A stretch of 64,000 nt of DNA. It comes from Fimicolochytrium jonesii. Its lineage: Eukaryota. Numbering within the stretch: position 1 is the first letter of the stretch; every line of letters begins with the position of its first letter. The position numbers and the translations under genes are program-made. Under the pieces are notes generated by a model, which saw only the letters and a program-made list of their open reading frames with translations, was not told the DNA's origin and did no database searches. Shown piece after piece: positions 23,892-34,712 of the stretch. The stretch is from NCBI RefSeq assembly GCF_025526975.1, contig NW_026515674.1, positions 744,001-808,000 of the forward strand. Reading direction: 5' to 3'.

Positions 23892-26873
23892 ATGTTTGCG
23901 ACAACGAGGTTCCGTTTGTTTCCTTGCCCATTCATGCCAACATGTTCTCGGGGGCAAACTTGCCTTTATTCCCACGAGAGCCGCGGGGCGAGCCAGCGGG
24001 CAAGACCTGCCGTCGCCAACCATAGAAATGGTACTGTTTCTCTTGCCGCGACGATATGCCTCTTTTCCGTATGGACGTAGAGTCTCAACCTCCAGAAAAA
24101 TAGGGTCATTGACTTCGGCGCCGACAAGCCGGCCTCGGAAAGCTTCCCCGCCTCGGAAGCGGTCAGGACCACAGGCGGAAAGTACAGCGGTGGAGCCACC
24201 TCCAAAGAGGAGAGCAGTGGAGAATAAGCCTGCAGCTTCGGATCTAGTAAACAATATATCAGAAACTTTGAAGGCAGAACGAGCGGCGTATCTGGAGCAG
24301 CAGTTGGCTACGAAGAAAGCTTTACAATCGGGAGCGCTCAAGGCTGACACGCATGTTGGCATCGCATCCCTGACTGCGGTACCGGATGGTGCCGTTGTGA
24401 AAAACGAACCGCTGCAAACGACCCCATCACGCCCCAGTCCATCGCTCATCGTTGTGGAAGATGTTATACCGGGTCAAGCAGCACCAGAGAGTGCAAAGGG
24501 CGTCCCCTCAAAGACATCGCCGCTAGTGCAGGCGTTGGCTGCCAAAGGCTATCCACAGGCCTCCGGCGACCTGCCTTCCGGCACCATGCAAAAGGCGAGG
24601 ACGATTCCACAGGTTGGCTCGAAGGCCGCGCCAAGCGCCTTTCCATCCAACCCATCTGTCAATGTACTTGAGCGGGATGAAAGCTCCATATCAATGGTAA
24701 GTTTCGACGCCCGTCAAGGAGCGAATCCAAGCCTCCGATCACTAAACCCGAATCGGTATTAGGAGCAGAGAGCCGCCAACTATCTTGCTGGGCGTCCCAA
24801 TCCGCCCATCGGAAGCGCACCATTCGCACACTCACTTCAATTGCCAGTTAGGAAGGCGAGCGTTCCAACAACTACAAAGAACAGTATTCTGGCGAAGCGA
24901 CAACAGGCTTCCACGGCGGTATGAGACTCATAGCGTAGCATATCATGCTCTCAAAAGGAAGGACAGGAGGCTGAACCTTTCGTCCTTTTAGACGATAGAA
25001 CTTGGAAGGCCGCCCATGTTGAAGCCCAATATCCTGTGCAATGTGCCTTTGAAAACCCGACAGACAGTTGTGGAGAAATTCTACAACGAGTTTCGGCGGT
25101 TGTACATGCCATTTTTGAGCAGAAAACCAAAGGTCGCGCATGAAGATGCCGTAAGGTACGTGACACTCACCCCATTCACGGCGTTCGATCAACTTCCTCA
25201 TCCTTTCCCCTGCATCAGGCAGGAGAATCAGTTGATGATGAAGGCAACCGCCGCATCGTACACCCATGTGGCAATGTCTATCTTGAAGAGATTGAGAGCA
25301 CGGCAACCAGCTACGTGTGACGAGGATGTTGGCATTGATGGAGAATATGTGCCTATCGCAGACAAGAAGCCAGTCGGTAGGTTCTTGTTTGCATGGGCCA
25401 CAAACTCTGCGGCCTCTAGCTGATGATCCTGCCCTTCTGGTACAGGGGTTCCTCTAGCAGGGTTGGAAAAATTGATGGCATCAGAAGATCAACTCCGATT
25501 GATGGGATACCCGTTCCCAGCGGAGCAGCGGACAGAGACTCCGCCTGGGAACGGATCGAAAGGGGAGAACCTGGCGGATCCAGATCGGAAGAGATGCAGC
25601 CGATGTGGGAAGAACTTTGTACCTAAATGGCCATTGGAACATCTGGAATGGGAAGAGTGCAACTACCACTGGGGCTTCAAACGAGTTGTCGTTCAGTCAG
25701 GTATTACCGTCGCGACTTCGTACTTTACCAGTCGAACTTCATCTGAGATATCATGGTTTGCAGGAGTTAAGGAAGCCATTTGGTCGTGCTGTCAAAGCCC
25801 AGTGCACTTGCAGGGCGGTATGCGCTGACCCGTCCGCCGCTTCTCTTATATGCACAGCCCTAACCTCTGTCCTTGTCAGCCTGCACGAAAGGTCCCCATG
25901 TCTTTGCAGAAGACGACACGGCTCAACTGGATGCTCGGGTAAGCATAGACTTGCGCGGGTTCTCCCGCAGCTTCTCTATGCTCAAACATGATTTTCTTCC
26001 CTCGCAGATACCGTTTCAGACGCTTCCGGAAAACTCGCCAGATAGTAAGAAAGTGGTTGCTCTTGACTGCGAAATGGTGAGGAGAGTCGTTTTTCAATCT
26101 GTTCTGGAGCTGCCGCCTGACTTTCGCGGCCCGCTCTCAATAGTCGTATACCGTCGGGGGCATGGAGCTCACGCGCGTCACTGTGGTGGATTATGGTGGC
26201 GAATCTCTCCTGGATGAGCTCGTGCGGACAAAGTTTCCTGTTCTTGATCTGAACACCAAGTGGTCTGGAGTGACGAGCCTCGACGATGCGAAGTACGATT
26301 TGGCAGGGATTCAAGTGGAGTTGGGAAAGATCATGGACCGCAACACTATTATGATTGGGCATGGGTATGGTATTTTGGATTTGACACATCGCACGCGTGG
26401 TGGAATGAACTCCCTAAAATGTCCCGTCTCAACTCAGATTGGAGAACGATTTGAACGCTATGCGAGTACGTACGTGGTCTGTATGCATGGTCGTGGCCTC
26501 TTCCAGACAACTTAATGCTCTCGTGTCACATCTCCAGCTATACCACTCGAAGGTACGACTGTCGACCGCGTTCAGTTGTAGACCGCAGGTACAGACTCAT
26601 CAGCGACCTGTCAACTTAGGTTATCGACACCGCTGCCTTATATCCCCATCCTGAGGGCTTGCCCAAGCGCCGTCCATTGCGGCTGGTAACGCAGAAGGTG
26701 CTAGGTCGGTTCATTCAGCAAGGCACGCAAGGTCACGACTCGAAGGAGGACGCAAAGGCCTGTATTGATATTGTCAAGAAATTTTTGGAAAAAGGTAAGT
26801 CACTTAGAGATTCGTTCCGTACTACCGCCCTTTTTGCTCATCAGTTCCTCACACAGGAAGCACATACTTGTAA
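23892..26873 (+). CDS. REX3: DEDDh RNA exonuclease, Rex3/REXO1-like, many exons
   Basis: N-terminal CP..C...CLYSH motif; CSRCGK and CNYHWG Cys/His region; exonuclease motifs VALDCEM, IGHGLENDL, DTAALYPH, GHDSKEDA. Stop TAA at 26871-26873. Confidence 0.88.
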
Positions 26874-27498
26874 CACCTTCACGGAACACTCACTTGTACA
26901 TACAACAATTATCGCTTAGACCCCATCAACACAGCACATTCACCCAAGCGGGATTGGCAGTAAATGGCGTATTCATTCATAACGTAGTTTCCTTTTCGTT
27001 TCTCGAGGCAAATTTTGGTGGAAATACAGAGGAGCGTAACCTGAGCCATGGTTGCTTTCCCTACATTGTTCCACGAGATACATACACGGAGAATAACCAA
27101 GGATCGGCGTACTAGATCTACGTTCTTGAGGCCTCGGCCTCGCTTCGATCTATGCCAGAGACTCCGTACATCTGTTAGGTGTGCAGCATATTTGTTGAAT
27201 CGTTGGGATGAATGCATCTTTTTCTTGTTATAATCGAAGCCCCGGAGGACGTTCCGCATATTGCACTTCATCGCAGAAGGCCTGTTTCGTCAAGTTCGAA
27301 CGTGTGAGCGTGGGTGCTGTCTAAGACGCCGAAAGTCCCAGGGGTCTAATAAAACGCTGTGAGTTGCAGAAAGACGTTCGATTGACAGTTCTGACAGCTC
27401 CTGTCGAGTGATGACTTCAACCGACTACGGTGTCGGCCAGCTCGCGCGAGAACTTGAACGGAATGTTCCAGCACCAGAGAACGTCGACTTGGAAAGCG

Positions 27499-28242
27499 AT
27501 GTCCGTTTCGGCTTCCCATAGGACACAGGTCCTTGGCCTGTATCGTCAGCTTTTAAGGGTGAGTGTGCTATCTAGCGCCACTGGGACTGGTGCGTCCTAG
27601 CTGAGTAGCGAGGAGAAGCAGAATGCTGGGTTGAAGGCGCTACGTAGTTATCACGGAAGCACTTGGGGAAAGCCATTCGCAGGTTGCCCCCTCACCAAAG
27701 ACTCCCACAGTTGCCTCCAAGTCCCTCCAAATCGTGGCTGAGGGCTCAAATGGCAGTCTCACCAACTTAATCTCCGCATCCCCATCCTCTAGACCGCACA
27801 ACAACTCCCGACCCGCGAGCGACGAGATACAGTTCTGCGGCGGATACGCAGAGAGTTTCGGGACGCCAAGGGGGTACAACTGCTCGCCGGAGAACAGCAA
27901 ACAGATGGCGTGGGAGCCACGGGTCCAAACGAGTCGGCGTCGATATCTCCCGCAGGGCCAGCCGCAAAGCCGGAGCTGCCAGGAGTGCGGGACACCCGAA
28001 ATCCTTCAAATTCCTCACCAGCACCACCGCTCCCCGCAGAATTCCACATCTCCCTCGCCCAAACTCAGCTGGAAAACCTACGCATGCAGGTGTCACATTT
28101 ACAACGTTTGGCGGCGAACGAGGAGCAGATGATTATACCGGTGGATATACACAATGTGGATCAGAACCATTGGGGGCGGTGGAAGCATCGGGGGAAGGGG
28201 TGGGGGAAGTGGGGTGGGAGGGTTCAGAAGCCGAGGGCGTGA
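27499..28242 (+). CDS. LYR-motif (Complex1_LYR) protein, probably mitochondrial, 2 exons (27499-27558, 27793-28242)
   Basis: Spliced product MSVSASHRTQVLGLYRQLLR|TAQQLPTRERRDTVLRRIRREFRDAK, with LYR and downstream EF signature. GTGAGT...TAG intron of 234 nt. Confidence 0.8.
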
Positions 28243-29024
28243 TGAGGGCCGATAGGAGAAAGGGGGTTGGACCGCGAGCGATTTGATAAGAATCATACTG
28301 GATTATCGCTGTTGGACTGCCGCCTGAAGCATTTCTCGAAAAGAACGCTCTCTTCTCCACTGAAGCGTAAACCCGCCATGAACCGCTCCGATGAGGGCGA
28401 TCCCTGCCCATCCTCGCTAGGAAGCACTCCCACCTGCACAGAGAAGGCGCACGAGAGGGCCGGTAGCGTTTGAGTGTTGAGCTTGGGTGCAGCACCGCGA
28501 TAGGGAATGGGAATGTGAATTAGCGCCCAAGCCGCATTGCCGAAGGAATTGGGAACCCGCGAATCAAGCTTGAGACAGCGAAAGGGAATCAATGATAGAA
28601 TGGAAATGGCCCGCGCGGACTGATTCAGTGCCACGCCGAAATTGGAATGATGGTAGATATGCGAGGAATGGATGCGCCGAATGGGAGAAACCAGCTGACG
28701 GGAAGCAGGGATGTACTGTACGCTACGCCAAGGTCAGACGAGCACAATACAGGTCGAGAGGCGTACCAATCGAAGAGATAGAGAACAACGTGAACAGAGT
28801 CAGTGTCATTTCAAATTCTAAATACAATCTAGATACAGATACAGAGAGAAGTGTCTCGCCAATTCAAAAACGATGTCATGCCAAATGATCAGCTACGCCG
28901 TTCATCGTCCGGATTTACAGAAAAGGGGATGAGGTGTGCCTGCCACCCACATGACCTCCAAAAGATAAAATTGCTACCAACGTGCTGTCGGAGAGAACGC
29001 AAATGATATGTTCTTAACGGGGAT

Positions 29025-30176
29025 CTACTGCTTCGGTGCAACATCGGAGTAAATGCTTTGAGTTGGCCTTGTGGGAACTCGTGCGAGATTCGCCTGCGCA
29101 ACCGCTGGGGCGCCTGGTCCGGAAGGTCCCGCGGGGCTTGCGAAGGAGTCGTAACTGGCATATCCGTATGGGACGCCACTGGGCGGCGGTGGGGCTACCA
29201 TTGACGGTGGTGAGCCATACGACGTGTTGGAGTATGACGTGTTGGAGTACGAGGGACCGGAGCCGGAAGCGTATGAGGGACCGGGCCTGGCAGCGTACAC
29301 GGGCATCCCTGGGTAAGGAGGGTACTGTTGCCCGGGGCTGTATGGTTGTTGCCCGGAGCTGGACGGCTGTTGCATGGAATTATACGGTGGTCGAGGGTAG
29401 CTTCCGGTCGGTGCCCCGTAATTGTAAGGTGGGTTTGCTGAGCTTGATGCTTGGGGTATGGGAGCCGGTAGCTGTCTCGGATCACGGATGGGGCGTGGTG
29501 AGAATCGAGTGTCAACCATCGGTCCCTTTCCCTTCTCCATTCGATTTATGAGGACTCGAGGTACGCTGCCACCTAAGCAGACCAGGGGAAAGAAATACGG
29601 ACCGCCGGACCGCTTCGACACGCCGGAAGCCCACAGGTCCGCATAAACGGCAGAGAGAACGACCGAGTCGTTCACTACGAGGTTCATTTCGTCTGAGGCT
29701 TGTTTCACGTGAACCTTGATGACGCGGAACTCTCTCTTCCCATTGTTTGCTTGAACGAATTCATTGGCAGAAGCGATAGCTTCTACATCGTGCTGTGCCC
29801 GCTGTTCAGGGAGTGACTCGAAGCGAGATTTCGGTCGGCTGAGGGTGCCAGCAGGCAGTGAGACATGGCGGTTGAGGGTGCTAGCAGTAGTACCTCTGCG
29901 ATTCAGCGTCGCTGATCTATTGACATCAGGTGCTTTCTTGGTTCGACAGTTACAGATGCACAAGCACAAAAGAATCAGAATCGTAACCCCTGCGACGGCG
30001 AATATCCCGTACCAAAGCGCATTGTTTACGGTCGGCAGTGCGAATGGCGTGCCCTCTCCAACGGCACCGTTGGTACCCAGATCCGGGAGTTGAGCATCGG
30101 CGGCACCCATAAGGGCAACGATTGAGAGCGCTAGAGCTCGAGACATCGAGCCAGACGTAGCGAAGGCCGTTCGCAT
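29025..30176 (-). CDS. Single-pass membrane protein with signal peptide, cytoplasmic SH3-like domain and P/S/Y-rich tail
   Basis: Intronless 383-aa ORF. Signal ALALSIVALMGAADA; TM LWYGIFAVAGVTILILLCLCIC; FRVIKVHVKQASDEMNLVVNDSV...DLWASG...FFPLVCL. Confidence 0.8.
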   Translation of the reverse strand: MRTAFATSGSMSRALALSIVALMGAADAQLPDLGTNGAVGEGTPFALPTVNNALWYGIFAVAGVTILILLCLCICNCRTKKAPDVNRSATLNRRGTTASTLNRHVSLPAGTLSRPKSRFESLPEQRAQHDVEAIASANEFVQANNGKREFRVIKVHVKQASDEMNLVVNDSVVLSAVYADLWASGVSKRSGGPYFFPLVCLGGSVPRVLINRMEKGKGPMVDTRFSPRPIRDPRQLPAPIPQASSSANPPYNYGAPTGSYPRPPYNSMQQPSSSGQQPYSPGQQYPPYPGMPVYAARPGPSYASGSGPSYSNTSYSNTSYGSPPSMVAPPPPSGVPYGYASYDSFASPAGPSGPGAPAVAQANLARVPTRPTQSIYSDVAPKQ

Positions 30177-31231
30177 AACTGTGAGTAGCTGATCGTTGGT
30201 CCGGAAGGGTGGGAAAATGCCGGTTCTTATCTAGCGACGAGTGTATCTAGCGATATAGAAGCCTCCAGTAGCGGGTCACCTCCTTGCAGTCTTGCTACGA
30301 AAGCCGAGGAGTCGCTTTAGTGCTTGTCGGAATGCCGTTGCTTGAGATCTGCTGGTCTGTTGCCAAGAGGTGCTTTAGAAATGGCAGCCGGTCGGCCCCC
30401 TGTCGACAATACGGGCGAGCCTCCCTACCAAAACTATGCTATGCTCCCTAACAGTGGGAACGAACGGCAGTTCCTATATGTACAGTATGTCCGAAGGACA
30501 ATTCCTTTGAATATAGTTGATGGCGTGGGAAAATGTAGCAATTCTCAGCGGCCTTGGGCCTCACAACACACTTTTGGTTGATGGCTGTGTTATCAACCGG
30601 CCTGCACAAATGATCATTGATTGATGCGGCTTTACGACGCCTTCTGCGGTGAGTACTACACGGGGCCGCCCGCGTATCATGTCCAGTTACTCACGCAGTA
30701 GTACGCACCCAACCCGCGGTCTCACGGAGGCTTGAACGATTAACTGTAATTTGCAAGCAAATTTGACTGTCATTTCAGCAGCGGGAATCCAAGTGGTGGA
30801 ACAAATAAGAAACTGTTGAATTCCATATTCCCCTCGTCGACTTGAGACCTCTCACCACACTTTTCAGGTGGAAAGGCACTTATTCCCTCGCTATCAACTC
30901 TGCTGCAGAATCTCGTACAGAATCAACGACATCTGACCGGTGCCCAAATTGGGCCGCCTTCTTTCCATTAAAAAAAAGAATGACGCAAATGGATGAAAAC
31001 AGACTCGGGCGGAACAGGCAGGGAAGATGAAACAGAAAACGAGGACAAAAAGGGAAAAGCAGAAAGCAACCGTCGTCTCTGGTGCTATAATGGGACCCCG
31101 TACGCCAATGGTCGAAGCGGGAATATTACACTAGTGACTACGGCGACCGAGAAATGGGATAGCAAGTGTGCGACTGACTGGTACAGTAAACGATCTGAAG
31201 ACCCTGTGTACTTTCAGTCGCCGCCCACTAG

Positions 31232-32889
31232 TCACGACGGACGCGGCACTGGATCTCTGTAGGAGCAAGAGAGTAAGAAGGAAAAGGGGAGGGTGCGAGA
31301 GCATCAGAGGCGGTAATACAACACGCCCGAAGCAAGATCGAATAGCACGACTCACTTGCGGACTCGGATTTCCGAGACTCCTTGCTGAGCTAGCTTCTTC
31401 GACAAAGCCGTTGTCTAAGAATACCGCAAACGTGTTAGCCGCGCAAGCCCGGTCCAAGAGCTGCGGCATGACCTTGCCCACCTGAAGCATTCCAGGAAAC
31501 AGCTTTGGACGATAAGACTCGAATGGTTTTGTTTGGATCATTGCTAGTTGCGGAGCACCTCCCATATAGGAATGTCCGACCATGTATGAACCAACGCCTT
31601 CATCATGTCGCCTAGATAGGTAGAATTCGCATCAGCTTCCGGATAACGCGTAGCGGTATCGGTCAAAAGGAACGGAACACATACCCGAAAGAGACATCAA
31701 GCAACTGGAAACGCAAGGTGAACATGCCGGGCAACCTGACCGACAAGTCCGCAAAGACGAACAACAGCTTCTTCTGGTTGTCGACGTCCCGTAACGGCCG
31801 ACTGAGGTTCGTGAGGGATCCCACGAGATTCTGCGTAGCTGAACTATCGAGGCTTCGTTGTTTATGACTGTGCATGTTCTCGATGAGACTGGAGTCCTCC
31901 TGGCCGTCCTCGCTCCAGATCGAGGCGTGGCACACGAGGAAAGGTGCTTCGTTGACACTGCATTGTAAAAGAATGTGTGAGTTTCATTCTTCGGTATTGG
32001 GAAAGCGCGTACTCGGTAAAGTCGTGACGGGGTAGCCACCCCAAGTCCTGGACCGCTCATTGACAGCCTCCGACGTTACCATGTACATGGCACCGTCAAT
32101 TGACACGGTCCAGCGACGGGCGAGTTGCTCACCTTTCAATGGCTGCTCCTGTCGCGTCCAAACAGACGAGCTCAAGAACGGGGCACTGCGTCGACGACAA
32201 TCAGTAGGTTGCAAGGTAGGTTCGCTTTTGATTGTGTTTCCTTACCGGATCAATGGTTCGACGGTCTTTGTTGCCATATCCGCAGCAGCGCACCCGTGCT
32301 GGATGTTGCAGCATTCGAAGCTCATAGCTCGCCGCCCTGTAGTTGACATATGTGAGACGATGATGATGATGCTCAACACCGCAATCACCCGAGACAATGT
32401 GAAACGGGGTGATAACCTTTACCTTGGAACCTTCTCTTCAGGCTTGCCATCAACTTTACTCGTCGACTTGGACGCCACGCCGTCTTGGTCGCGCATGGGC
32501 CGTTTACCATCAGCTACACCAAGGTCATCCGTGCTTCCTGAGTTATCCGCGTTGTCCTGGTATTCTAGGCCGTCTCTGCCATCTACACCGTAGAGGCCAT
32601 CTACTCCATCCGTCATCCGTACGTCAACATGGTCGGTTCCATCAATCCCATCTACTCCATCAAGTCCACCTACTACATCAATTCCAACAACATCATCGAT
32701 GCTCGTGCCATCGATGCCGTCAGCTTGCTCTACACCATCGACCTCATCGGTATGACCAACATCGCCATCCTGCAAATCGCGCGGATCGGTCGACTTTGGA
32801 GCGCCGTCCCTTTCTGATGTCTGTGGCGTGTCATACGCTGCTCGGCCCGAACTGGATCCATCCAGTCCTTTTCCTGGGCTTGTTCGCAT
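31232..32889 (-). CDS. Velvet-domain regulatory protein, 7 predicted exons
   Basis: YELRMLQHPARVRCCGYGNKDRRTIDPCPVLEL, NLVGSL, FVFADLSVRLPGMFTLRFQL, PFESYRPKLFPGM, TTALSKKLAQQG. Stop TGA at 31234-31232. Confidence 0.88.
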
Positions 32890-34712
32890 CTTCAATTTTT
32901 CAAAAGGGTGTTACCGCCACCAACGATTGGCCGAAGGTTCGTTCGGGAGGATGGTTCTTCTCCAGGACGTGATGATGAACGCTGTAAGTATGCCTCACGA
33001 ATGACGATGCAGTAAGTACAGTATATGAGCCTAGGTATGCCATAGGATGCTCACCTTTCTTCGAGAGTACTCTCCCTCTGCTTCGACTCGAATGCTCTGA
33101 TCCGAATGGGTCTACTAATTGCACCGACAGATTCGGATGAGTGTCCGTTATCAGATGATACTAGATACGCGAAGCGACTGTTACGATTGTCTTCCTGCCT
33201 TCCTTCTCTATCTACATTCGAAGCAACAGCTGCATGCACTAAGGCTACCAACATCCCATGTATCGCTATTCACTTGGTTTTGTTTGCTACTTACACGTCT
33301 CGCGTTGGTCTCGGGTCCTACCCTCCTTCTACGTTGAGTCTGGAAGAGAAGCGAAACGACACAGGGTTAGGGAGAGACATTATGGAATATCGCAACGCGC
33401 TGTATCGACGCTAGGTGTCGAGGCGACGTCCAAAGAGTGACAGCATGCTGTATGCGGCGAGCAAAAAGGAGTTTCACACTTACCAACCCCAGGGTCCAGG
33501 CGACCAAAGTCGAAGACTGTGTCCTAACCACACGCGAGGGTGGGTCTTTTATCGACCCGCAGACGTCCTGAAGCGGTGCCTTCTTGATACGACAGCCGCA
33601 AGGTAGAGCCGCCGTCCCTAGACTTGACCGACGTACCAAGCTTTGCTCGAAAAGGCGGTTTAGAGACAGCAATAATATATAGTAGTGGGACCTTTCCCGC
33701 CGGCCGCCTGCCCTGTACGCCGAAACCTTCTCTACCGCCTTATGCTCGCGCCAGCCAGAGGGCCGCCGACAGGTACTCCAGCCGGCTGCTGTCGCTGTCG
33801 CTGGTAGGTGGGTATGTGCGCCTGAAGAGAGAGAGAGACACTGGCGTTGGCGGTGAGGGTCCTTTTGTTGTTGCGCTCCCCCGAAAAACGAAACCGGGCG
33901 AGAGAGTGCATACCCCCGGGTCTGGGAAGCGAGAGGCGTTTTCTTTGATTATGCCTGATGGTGCCAGAAGCCAACGGCCCCGAACGCTGCATGACTCGCA
34001 TTCTCCACTAGGAAGTGACTCAAACCCAACCAGTCGGATAATAGGATTGTAAGCTTGTCAAGTGCCCTCGGATTCAGGGAATCCGCAAACCGGATGGAGT
34101 GAGAGAAACAAAGCCAGGCTTGGGGCTGACGGTAAAATGCCCCGCGAGACCGAACGCCCGGTTGTGGTGACGTAAGCATAGGTCCGGTAGGATGGGAGTC
34201 ATAGTCAGTCACTTGGCTCGGTTCAGGCATAGCTTGGCTCGGCGTTCGGTCAGATACGATATGGGACAAAAAGGAAGTAATCAATTTCTAGAACACATCT
34301 ATACTCTGTATCAAACCAGCACTGAAGCATATACTGTAGATGGATTGATTCAGTTTCAATGTCGATGACAGGGAATATGCAAATAGGCGATACCGCCACC
34401 GCATGTTTTGAGGACTCTGAATGGACCGGAGGTTGGTATGCGACCGCAGGGACACACCGGAGGAACCTGCAACATGATGAAGGTCTAAATTCTGCAGGCT
34501 ATAAATATGATCAATATGCGAATAGAAATACAACGAACGAAGAATTGGCATATTAGATATGTGGTGTTCGATCACACCTTCCAGTAGGTCCTTTGTGGAT
34601 CGCAAGCATCATGAACGGGTGCAGCAATGGTATATGATGTGATCAATAAGACTAACACTGAATGCATCGACGTTCTTTTTCTACACCTCTCTCTCTCTCA
34701 AGGCTCATGAAT

